In this document: positions 54,801-64,000 of the stretch, piece after piece | Position numbering within the stretch: position 1 is the stretch's first letter | Layout of the letters: every line of letters begins with the position of its first letter | Source of the DNA: Ascidiella aspersa | Lineage: Eukaryota | Assembly (NCBI GenBank): GCA_963924565.1 | Contig: OZ004607.1 | Coordinates: 34,224,001-34,288,000, forward strand | Reading direction: 5' to 3' | DNA length: 64,000 nt | Notes under the pieces: generated by a model | Database searches by the model: none | Told to the model about the DNA's origin: nothing | What the model saw: only the letters and a program-made list of their open reading frames with translations | Made by a program: the position numbers and the translations under genes

Positions 54801-56991
54801 GAAAAAATAACAAAAAATATGAGATAGGATTAATAACACTTGACCCACCTAAACCCTAACGCTAACCCGAATCCTAACCCAAATAATGTGCGTTATTTTA
54901 ATAATTCTTTAAATGCTGGGGAAAAAAGCCCAAACTCGGATGGGCATAAGATGGTTTCTCGTCCATTGTATTTAAGATTATTACGTCACAAATTGAGGTA
55001 TTGGGTCCTGAAGCTGAAGCGTTATAATTATTAAATTATCGCACATTATTTGGGTTAAGGCGCTGGTTAGCGTTTGGGTTTGGTTGGGTCAAGTATTGTT
55101 AAATTTAATCTTCTTATGCACATTTGTTAATGCAACTTAGTGCATTGTCCAAGACATCAAAGTCTAAAAGTCGGACTTTTTGATCCTTTGAATGCACTGA
55201 TTGTCATAGACCTTTTTGCTTAGAACTGCACTGATTTCTGACGGATGGGGTGCAATAAACCACACGGTGGTATTATATGCGACATTTCTCTACAATCACA
55301 ACAGAGCTAATGAATCATTTTTGTCGAAACTATACAATTAAATTTTTTTACCAAATATACAATTTCAAGATTTCACTGCGTTGCCAAAAAAGACATACAA
55401 AACTCAACATTCACTTAACAAACAATTTTTTGGTCATGTTGTCATTATATTTGCATTACAGTAATAATAATTTTACAATCGTTATTTAAAGAATAATCAT
55501 TAATGCTTAAAATAGTTTTAAATTACACACATCCTAATTGCATTCTATATATTATAGGGACTCAAAAAATATTTTTTTACCTTAATCTTATGCCCAACTT
55601 CTCTAACGGAAAGGGACTGAAATGCAATCAGGCCCAATTGCATTCCAGTGTGTTTCCGCCAGAGATCTTTGGCATGGAATGCTTGCCAAAAATCACGCCG
55701 GTGACATCATTAATTATGAAACATCACTGGGCTTGTGAATTTACCAATACAAAATTGTCTTTTTGGCTTATATATTGTCTTATTTTAGTGTGGGATTTCA
55801 GCGAGAAAAAAATTTAGCGTGAATATTTGGCGGCATTAATAAATTTGTTTGGTTCACTAGTGTTTGAGTAAACAATTCATCAAAAATATTTTACTTTTTT
55901 AAAGATATTACTGTTTTACACAAGAAAAATGGTTTCTAGTGCCCACAGCGATAAACAAAACATGTAAATATGGAAATAATACATAAGTCGTTTTTCTGAT
56001 AAGATCACCCTATTAAGACAAACATATTTTTGTAGTTAGGCTAATACATGTTACGTTGCTTGTGAAATATCCCTTAAGGTGTATATAATTAGTGCAATTT
56101 TGATATTTATAACAAAAAAGGTTTTGTTGTAATATTGATCTGGACAACAAAATTATACTAAACAGGCTTAGTATAAATGAAATTACTGGAAGAGGTCAAT
56201 GGAGAAATTTGTCTTTTCAAAGATGCAACTTTTGTCGCTGTGTAACCCAATATACTTTTATATTTCTCCATTTTTTTTTTTAAGTATTTAAAACCTATTT
56301 TAAGGGATCACAAAAATTTGAAGAAGAGCAATACTTAAACAGAAGACACGAACAACTCAAGAATGGAGCTCTTCAAGATTATGAACGAAACACTGACAAA
56401 CGACCGCTAACAGATTTTCAGGAATTTCATCGCAAGCTAGATGAGGACATTGAAAAGCACTTTGTTGCAGTTAAGGAAAGAAATGCAGAAAACAAGGTAT
56501 TTGTTGTCATATCCTTTTAAATAAATGTACTGGAGTGCTGTATTGCCTAATACAACTGCTTGGGACAAGCAATACTTTTAAACAAGAAAATTCCTAGTAA
56601 GAAGACGATTTATGTTCACTTTAAAACTCTTTGTGCTCTAAAGCTCTCTCAATTGGCATTAAGATTGTCAACTGTTTTCTTGAATCATACATAACTGTAG
56701 ACACATTTAGTGGCCCAATTTAAGAATCATGCAAATGCTGTTAAGCCTTTTCTTTCCAAACTTTAATCATCGGAAAGAGTAAATCATAAAAAGAAGGTGC
56801 ATCTTATTTTGATGTGCAATTGTCAGTATTTGCATGACAGATGCTGATGATTAATTTATGACTGCACTAGGAAACTAGCATGTTTAGCAAAAGTAAGGCA
56901 CAGGTTCAAACCAAATTAGATTTCTAATACCTACTTCTGACGACATAGTTGTTATGTTAAAAACCTAAAAAAATGGTGTTTAACTATTCGC

Positions 56992-57026
<35 letters not shown>

Positions 57027-58119
57027 TTCTCTTGTTATAATTGAAAGCTGGATTTAAAAATGAGAAGTGGTAAATTAAAAACATCTTTATTTCTTTTATT
57101 CATGCTTGTTCATATATTTGAAATATGCAACACACATTTAAAACATTCAGTATTATAAGACAAAATGTATACAGAAAAATAGCCTTAGATATATTATAAG
57201 TATATGTAAATAATATAAACCGGCAACTGTTTTCCTTTAAATTTTGTTTGCAAAAGTTTAAACTGCGTTCTGTTTTTTCAGCAAAGAGTTGTGGAGAAGG
57301 CAGATAAAGCCTTAGAAGATATCAAAGAAGAATACCTAAAAACTATGAATGAAGTAAGTTTTGCAAAGATTTAATGTTTTTCAAAATAATTTTTTTAGTG
57401 TGTGGTCTAATGCATTCGGTATTTACTAGCTATAAATCAAACCCAGCTTACTTACATATACCTTCAACTTTTTGTTTACCCTTGGCCGCTTTCTTGATTG
57501 TAAAACTTGCTAGGGTTTTATAATTTCCAATCTGGCTTCATTAATTTAGCTTTGTGACGGAAGATCAGTTGAACCAGAAGAATTGGAAAAGTTTCACCGC
57601 AAAATTTTGGAAATGAGTGATGCGAAAATCCACCAAACACTTGGAAACAAGGAAATTGCAGATCGGATATCAAAGAAACTTCATCGCTATGCCGATGCGG
57701 AACTTCCAAAACTGAAAGAAAACAACAAGAAAGGCGCATCAATTTGGATTCGAAAAGTGTTAGCTGCACTGCCACAAGCACTTATGCATGGCGCACAGAT
57801 GTTCTTCACCAACATCAGCCATCCTAAACGAGCAGTAATGGCTGGACTTGCTGGCGCTGCAAGTTTGGTGAGCGGCGTATTTTCAGATGACAAAGAAGGT
57901 GACAAGAAGCAAGATGCCGCCTTGGACAAGTTTACCCAGCAAAAGTGGGAATCTCTCTCCCCATCAACAAGCGTTGATCCTAAACCTGAAAAGCCGGCAT
58001 CTTATAAAACCGAAGCCCCTCCTCCATACACAAGACAGGCTCCTCGGAGCTCTAAGTCAAATACTCCACAACAATCCTCTTCACAAGAAAGAAAAATGAC
58101 CCCGGAGAGTTTGGACTAG
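39828..58119 (+). CDS. Atlastin-family (GB1/RHD3) large GTPase with N-terminal UBA-like domain and six tandem three-helix-bundle repeats, isoform A (~1083 aa, 21 coding exons)
   Basis: Exons: 39828-39939, 40808-40873, 40970-41089, 41494-41702, 42549-42680, 42983-43138, 43222-43284, 43768-44002, 44547-44731, then pairs 45261-45332/45542-45739, 46033-46104/46555-46749, 47408-47479/47968-48162, 48348-48419/49373-49564, 50803-50874/56305-56496, 57282-57353/57550-58119; total 3252 nt, open frame. G1 GAFRKGKS, G2 [15 protein letters not shown]3 [22 protein letters not shown] and G4 FLVRDW all match atlastin. UBA-like segment [18 protein letters not shown]...ELLTEYMF. Confidence 0.9.
44046..44403. 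mobile_element. Degenerate MITE with GGAGTC/GACTC subterminal repeats
   Basis: Many GAGTC/GACTC motifs, right end GATCCGCAGTCCTG, possible TSD GATGTGGC / GATGTAGG (6/8 match), and internal palindrome TGCGCATGCGCA. Confidence 0.6.
47133..47289. mobile_element. hAT/Charlie-type MITE (157 bp)
   Basis: TIRs CGGTGGTTCTCAACC / GGTTGAGAACCACTG; exact 8-bp TSD ATCTATAA at 47125-47132 and 47290-47297. Confidence 0.9.
48798..49221. mobile_element. hAT-type MITE
   Basis: TIRs CAGGGGTGTCCAAC / GTTGGAAACCCCTA; 8-bp TSD ATATAGGC / ACATAGGC (7/8 match). Confidence 0.82.
50388..50641. mobile_element. MITE related internally to the 54635-55252 element
   Basis: TIRs GACGCTGGTCTGGAATCCTACCACA / TGTGGCAGGATTCTAGACCTGCGCC; exact TSD AAATTCGA (50380-50387, 50642-50649). 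Shares TAACCCAAATAATGTGCGTTA and GCGTTTGGGTTTGG motifs with the 54.6-kb element. Confidence 0.8.
51897..53186 (-). CDS. POFUT2: GDP-fucose protein O-fucosyltransferase 2 (~429 aa), intronless CDS nested antisense in an intron of the atlastin-like gene
   Basis: Motifs [22 protein letters not shown] (catalytic Glu), [49 protein letters not shown]. Signal peptide [21 protein letters not shown] minus-strand acceptor (tatatttag|gaccaATG, exon starting 53191) places the start at 53186 rather than 53240. Minus-strand AATAAA at 51794-51799. Confidence 0.95.
   Translation of the reverse strand: MRMFLKFISLSLFICLSTAAEKQKRYLLYDCNPGEGFNLRRDVYMRVANLVKAMRESDDCKKYDWTLVLPPWGRIGYHWKESDMEQSKIPWSKFFNIKSLGLHVPVLEYSDYVEEIGEPAIDEVWYLQNYAEGWTSGEWVEKMHQRECLEPPVYETDEDTNTIRGWFWGYEETYAHSFKCVSVQGQSDIFIKPLCGTNTTAKSIMLDRAENMLHDMFGGKNYWDCRRSMIFSDMLINEANQFRKEFLDSDDMKDKTVIPPNWKDHSCEGVTALGGPYIAAHLRRKDFLYARKEYVPSLKTVADHLKKKMAEFQVDKVFIASDGTEEEMDDLKSLLPEMVMFTPSKKQMKQYKMGGVAIIDQIICSHARYFMGTKESTFSFRIQEEREIMCFNRDHTFNRICSESKGDDCEQPSRWKIVWKDDKEIWENL
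54635..55252. mobile_element. Long-TIR foldback MITE (possibly Mutator-like) with CCCTAA-like internal motifs
   Basis: Imperfect palindrome: ATCCGTTAGAAATCAGTGCATTTCTAAGCAAAAAGGTCTACGACAATCAG versus CTGATTGTCATAGACCTTTTTGCTTAGAACTGCACTGATTTCTGACGGAT. Inner inverted TAACCCAAATAATGTGCG / CGCACATTATTTGGGTTA. Flanked by the direct repeat CAATAAA(C). Confidence 0.85.
56995..57022. repeat. (AT)n microsatellite
   Basis: Uninterrupted AT run in an intron. Confidence 0.9.
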
Positions 58120-59222
58120 ATTTTAGATCAAACAAATGCAAGAAAAACCCTTGTGTGAATCTACTCTTATAAAGACTTGATTTATGTGTGACCGAAACAT
58201 TTTTCCTTGTAAAGAAAAAACTGAAGTGTATAAAAAATAATCGTGGACAGCTTTGTGGTCTATTTTTAAACCTTGTGTTAGTACCTAATCAAAAAGCGAA
58301 TTCAAAATCATTGCCAGTAAACATAATAAAGTTTAGCTGTATAAAACCAACATTAGTTACATTCAATTTAAAAATTGCTTTTGCAGTCAAGCAGTACCAA
58401 CGTTTCGACCACATATTCTGGCAATCTTCTACAGGGCAAAATAATTGCAACTATAGGCGAACAAATAGGATAGGTGGTCTAAACGTTGATACTTTAATGA
58501 AATTTTGCCGAAAGAACAATTTTACAATTGAAACAATGCCTGGCAGCAATTAGCAATGTATTCATTAGTTACATTGTCCACATGATTTCCTATTTAGTCC
58601 ATATGTGAAACCTATGGTTTGTTCTTTGTTTCCCCGTAACGTTTAGTATAGCAGATTTACTGTAATCGTTTTTCAGCACAAAAGATGTTGTTTTCTGCAA
58701 ATGCTTTAAAATCAGGTTGTTCATTTTATGTTACGGTGGTGTTGTGAGGTATTATTTTGTTCTGAACGCTAAATCTTGCGTAATTTAAAATAAATATTGG
58801 TTTGTAGTCGTGATATATTTATATTTGCTTACCTGTATTAATTTCCAATGTACAAGTGATATTCTGTTTTTAAATAGTTATGAATCCAATGTAGGACTTT
58901 ATGTGAACAATAATATTAAATATTAATGTAGTTAATCGTTGTTTTCTGGTGTCCTCTTTATTGATGTAGTTACTGATGGCTTGTTCCATTAAAGTTGTAA
59001 ATTAAGTTACTTCTTGAAATAAACCTTAACTCGAAATGTAAATAAACGTTTTAAAGTTATATTTCGTTTTTCTTTGAAAAATCACGCAGGACACTATTTA
59101 AATTTATAACCAAAAAACATCGACGTTTAAAAAGGGAAATTTAGTGTTAAGTAATGGGCTGTTGCTCGCAATTTATTCTCGCGCCCCTAATTTTCCAATG
59201 AACCTGACACCGTTGCTTTCAG

Positions 59223-59555
59223 CTCTGCGACGGCAAGTACGTGGATCCGACAGCGTTGCAAGATGCGCACGACAAAGTACTCCAAGAACTGAAGCAGGAA
59301 TGCAGAGAAAAGCTGCGCGGGTACGACGATCTGGCTAATAAATTGCTCGCGGCATGCAGCTCTCAACTGGAAACCCTGTTTGAGCAAGTCAAAGCCAACA
59401 ATGAGAATAACAAGTCAACTTGGCTGCGCAAACAGGGCAGTGCCTTGTGGTCTGCAACCAAAGGAGCCGCTTATGGGTTCTTTTTTGCACCCCCTGGCTT
59501 TCGTCTTTTCGGGGCTGCCATAGGTGGTATAATTGGCTACATAAAGGGATTGTGA
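59223..59555 (+). CDS. Alternative terminal exon (isoform B, ~1004 aa) of the atlastin-like gene; paralogous to exon 57550-58119
   Basis: Phase-0 acceptor gctttcag| at 59222. Begins LCDGKYVDPTALQDAH versus [16 protein letters not shown] in the other terminal exon, and the two share N..K..S.W.RK. Ends in a hydrophobic Gly-rich segment and TGA, with AATAAA at 59796-59801. Confidence 0.8.
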   Translation, partial: LCDGKYVDPTALQDAHDKVLQELKQECREKLRGYDDLANKLLAACSSQLETLFEQVKANNENNKSTWLRKQGSALWSATKGAAYGFFFAPPGFRLFGAAIGGIIGYIKGL

Positions 59556-61703
59556 AACTGAATGACGACTTCAGCACGCCGTATTGTTTATGTATATATG
59601 TATATCCGCCAAAGTGCACAAAATCCTTTAGTATTGCTTCTTTTTGCACTTTGTATAAATCACTTCTGTGGACAATGATAATCTGCGGTTCTGTTTCAAG
59701 CACGTTGCATAGCTTTGCCAATTAGCATTTCAACAATTTTAAAACCCGCGAGGAAGCTTGTGCTCTGTTATTTTATTGAGAAGTATGACGAAATTAATAA
59801 AATTATGTTTCAATTGTTTGGCCATTGCATGTTTGCTTTGTGAAAAACTGCGTTGGTGTATTTTGTTTTCGTTGTGGTTACTCCTAATTATAGCAACCGT
59901 ATTGTAACCTGCCTATTAATATAACTATTGCTTATATAACTTCTTGCACTCTATAAGCCTCATGACTTGTAATTTTTGTGATTCAGTGTAGAAGTAGGTA
60001 TATTAGTACAACTTTGTCGTAGTGATTCTGTAATCGCGGTAAAATATACCTAGTCGTTTAGCAGAAACGACCGTGTTTCAGTTGACCCGTGTGTGAACCG
60101 CTTTAAGTTTTTGTTCGCTTTGTAAAACAGTTGGTAACTGGTCGTGTTCGATAACGCACCTATATTTTGCAAAGTTAGGCCGCACCACCGCGTTGTCAAG
60201 CCAGTTTCAAGACATCTACAACAATTGAAGCATTTTTACCCGGACAACCTATCCCTTTAGGTAAAACTTAACGCTTATCGATTCTATATAGGCTACTTGT
60301 TAATAATCACCCACAAAGCTATGTGGGTGATTATTATTTGCAGTCGTTTAACGATTAAATCAGTAGTACAGTAATAAATACGGCTCTGGCTTCACGGCCA
60401 TAGACGTGTTGAGTACCGTGTTGGAGTGGGGCACTTTTACTTGGGCGACAGGGCAAGTGCCTGTTCTCCAGCCGAAGGGGCCGCTTCTGTGTTTATTTCG
60501 CTTGCCTTCAGAGCTATTGGAGGCCATATCAAGTAATCACAACGGCTGACAATAAAGCCTTATTATCCCTAAGTGTTTTTGTGTATTAACAATACTCCGG
60601 CAAAGTTATTCGTTCTTTATATAGGGCTTTTATCTTATAACATATAAATACGCACATGTTAAAGTTGTTACTTTGCGCACCACCGATTTAATTCGCTCTT
60701 TCTTCGCCTTAAACAACAAAAATTGTTCTCAAATATTAGGTGACCATATAAATTTAGGTTCAAGCGAATGTTTTTCAATCTCCAGTGAAGGTTATGCATA
60801 CAACTGTGAAAAAGCAAACGAGTCATTTTTACAGTCAGCTGATTCAACGTACTCGCGATTAGGCAAATATCTTTATTTCTTAACCGTCCAATCTGGCCAA
60901 GATGCACATTTTGTGCAATAAATCTATTATTTTGGTAGCAAACTGTCATTGAATTTTAACGATCTGCTGTGATTTGTAGCTAAGACTTTATAGATGAACT
61001 ATAATTTCGCTAAAGATGAAACAAAGTAGGAATTCCAGTTCTTTCCACGTCATGGTTAACGTTTATTTCGCCCGGCGAATGATCAAGGCAGGGGAGGGGG
61101 GAAATGGAGGCCAAGACTTAACAGGGGGCGCTGTAATATTAAGTTAAACATACGCGAACACGATCAGCAAAAAAGAGAAAAGGAAATAGAGCCTTTTTCC
61201 TTTTTTCCCCTCTATCTCTCTTTCGCCTCTGTTCAGATTTAGAGGAAAATTACAAGGCCGACCATGCGCGCTTTATACAGGCGACAGTATATAATACAGC
61301 AAAAAACAAACGAACGCGGCGTTTCTTCTATACTTGTTTTAACGGGGGCGATAGGCACTGCAGAGACGATGATTGCAAGGAAAGGAAAAGGGCGAAAAAT
61401 TATACAGTACACGTTCGTAAACACATCTCTGTTGCTGCGTTGCTGCCAATACAGCACAGCTCAGTTGTAATTTAAGGTGCGGCGGGGAATGTGTTATGCC
61501 AGTGCAAAGGCGGAATAGCGAGTTTCTTAGCTGGGAAACAGTGCAAAACGGACATTGTATTGCCCGTACCGACAGCTCTAGTCAAGTTGGATTTTCTGGG
61601 AATCTTACAAGTCTGCTGGTGTAAAAGTAGATGTGTTTCGCGTCGGGATAGAATTGTGCTAGAAATTTGCGATTCTCGCACGAACTACATGTAAAATCGA
61701 AGC

Positions 61704-62021
61704 CAGTGTTTCTCAACCTTTTTTGGGCGGCGACCCTAATACTGAGCGTTATACTCATAAAACAGCGAAGCTTTGGCGACCAAATTCTCTTCACCGAACT
61801 TTTTGTAAGCCAAAAAAAGACATCGCCATAAATAATTTTAAATTTAATTACCATGAGCTATGTTTTCGTAATGCTTCCGCAATTTTCTCAAACTTTGGAG
61901 CAATCTTGCTCAGAACTGAGTTTAATAACTTTAAACATATTAAAATAACTACAGTCGGCGAACATACTAAATTAAACGGCGGTAAAATATTGGTTCGCGT
62001 CCCATAGGTTGAGAAACACTG
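61704..62021. mobile_element. hAT/Charlie-type MITE
   Basis: Perfect TIRs CAGTGTTTCTCAACCT / AGGTTGAGAAACACTG; 8-bp TSD ATCGAAGC / ATCTAAGC (7/8 match). Confidence 0.88.
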
Positions 62022-63064
62022 ATCTAAGCAATGGACGTTTGCCTATATTAAAATAAAGATGGCGTTAAGATGATATTTAGTTGAAAAAGCATTTTGTCAC
62101 TGGACTTCAACTGGCGGAATGATTTCATGTTGGGATAAAAACAAGAAAAAAGAGAAAACCACCTCATACCGTTCAATTCGCTCAAGTTCGCGCGCAAAAA
62201 AATGCTGAAAGTCTTTAATTCCAGCAAAAAACAACAAACAAGCGAAAAAGCAGTTCACCGAACTAAGCATAACTTCAAGGGGTAAATAACACTAAAAACG
62301 AGAGGGGAACAATAATAATTCTTTTTTACACAATGACCGTGTGAGAATGAGATAAAGCAGTTGTCGAAGGTTGGATTAATGGGAATTTTTTTCAGGAATG
62401 GCACGACTTGGAATGCTGATTCTAATCGAGGGAAAAGCCTTGAAAGAGCTTTTCTTCTGTTTGGAATGCGACGATCAAGCAAAATATTTCATTTTTTTTC
62501 GAAGGCGGCTTTGAAAAACCTTTGACAGAAATAGCTCGCGCACATTTTTCAAAGGGGCAGAAGATAAGTTGATTAGTAGGTCGCTTAAGCTGGCTCAGAA
62601 GCGTTTTTACACGATATTGTGGCAGCCGTATATATATATATAGATACATATATATAATGTGTGGTAGTGTAGAGATAGTAGGCATTAGCACTGCGCGCGT
62701 GAGACAGTAGCAGTGAAAAAACTCGACAAAAAAGGCGGCAAAAGATAAACGCGGACCTGGGTAAATGATCGGGTATTCGAGAGTACAGGATAAGCGTGCC
62801 TACAAAGCAAAAAAAACATGGTTAGGGGCTTTTGGACTTTAAAAACCTTTTTGGAGGCTTTAAAAATCTACGTTTTATGGTGCTGTTGAATTATCTCGAA
62901 AATTAGGGCGTGAAAGCATGAAAATAGGCCGTGTGTCGCCTGTGGGGCCAGAGCGGTTCGTTTTTGTTAAAATCCAGCGCCATTTTTTGTCTTTTACGGG
63001 CGCTGGTTTCGTCTGCGGGAATTCGGGCGTCGAAAGCCGGCGGCGGGCAGGTCGGCGAGTCAAT

Positions 63065-63773
63065 CTACTTTCCGTAGAACTTCTTGTTGAGCAGAAAGAT
63101 GAGCAGGTTAACGTTGATGCGAGCCCGGCCGTCGAACATTTTCATCACCGCAACGCCCTCGTACTGGAGCTGGAGCAGATCCTACAAAGAAAAGGAGAAG
63201 GATAATTAGTGAGAGGAGAATAATTAGTGGGAGGAGTGAAAAAATTGCTCCTGGGAGAGAAACGAGAGTTGGACTTCAACTTACAGAGGAAAGACATTAC
63301 CATAAACCAGTTAACTCAAAATGGAACTCCAATATTGCTTTCTACTGTTAAGCATTATCGATTTTAGTGGTGTAACACGGATCAGTTAAATTAAATGGTC
63401 CCAGATTTTTCATTTAGGTCTTTGTTTTACTTATAAAATTGACGCACTGGGATTTCCGCAGCATTGTAAATATAGCCAAGTTGGGTAAAAATAACAACTT
63501 GATCCAACTTTTCTGCCTAACTTTTGTTTTTAGCAACAGAAGGGAAATGTTTCATTCTAATCGAGATAATGGGTTTACCCTTCCAATCACATAAATGATT
63601 TTTGTTTCATTATATCTACATGTTGTTTAACGTTGCTAAACCGCGTTTGCTGAAAACTCACCTGGAACACGAGACCAACTTTCTCAACATTGACTCCGAC
63701 CAGTTTGGCCTTGACCTCGAACTTGCCTACGTCATCCTCGGTCTGCGCGATCTCGAACACCACGTTGCGAAAC
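63065..63773 (-). CDS. IQGAP1: IQGAP (Ras GTPase-activating-like scaffold), last two coding exons; gene continues beyond the window
   Basis: Exons 63773-63662 (FRNVVFEIAQTEDDVGKFEVKAKLVGVNVEKVGLVFQ) and 63181-63065 (DLLQLQYEGVAVMKMFDGRARINVNLLIFLLNKKFYGK-stop) closely match the IQGAP C-terminus. The symbol is a family-level call. Confidence 0.93.
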
Positions 63774-64000
63774 CTGACGTCATCAAAAATAAAATATATT
63801 AGTTGAAGTGAAAGGAAAAGGTTTCATGCGAACGACAAGTTATAGGGAAGAAATAGGTTAGGCATATTTTGAAGCTAGAACATCGGACTTTTGTCATGAC
63901 GAAGATTAAGCATCATTAGGTCAAAAAAAAAACATTTCTGTATATTTGTTTTCATAATTTTTACAATAAATCAGCGGGTCATTCATGACTTAAAAGAGCG

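Noticed and set aside
50388-55252. POFUT2 captured by flanking MITEs (Pack-MULE-like)
   Set aside because: Each MITE has its own TIR pair and TSD, and a host exon (50803-50874) lies between the left element and POFUT2.
59241-59555. 104-aa ORF as an independent small membrane-protein gene
   Set aside because: It has a GTG start, an in-frame acceptor 18 nt upstream and clear homology to exon 57550, so it is better explained as an alternative last exon.

Overview
Eukaryotic, intron-rich, AT-rich animal DNA. It is most likely an invertebrate chordate such as an ascidian, inferred from the subgroup-A thrombospondin and compact introns. Splicing exons by hand gives four genes. (1) A complete 23-coding-exon thrombospondin-1/2-type gene (+, 8510-35739, about 1176 aa). 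(2) An unusual atlastin-family GTPase (+, 39828-58119 or 59555). It has an N-terminal UBA-like domain, six tandem copies of the atlastin three-helix-bundle module built from a repeated 72-nt + ~195-nt exon pair, and two duplicated alternative terminal exons with different membrane anchors. (3) A POFUT2 gene with an intronless CDS, nested antisense in one intron of that GTPase and about 16 kb from thrombospondin, a canonical POFUT2 substrate. (4) The last two exons of an IQGAP gene (-). Several MITEs with recognisable TIRs/TSDs, local duplications and candidate SRF/TEAD/CRE and IRF/ETS sites are also present. The best novelty candidate is the UBA-atlastin with a six-fold extended stalk and switchable C-terminus. 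All gene models are manual predictions without transcript evidence.
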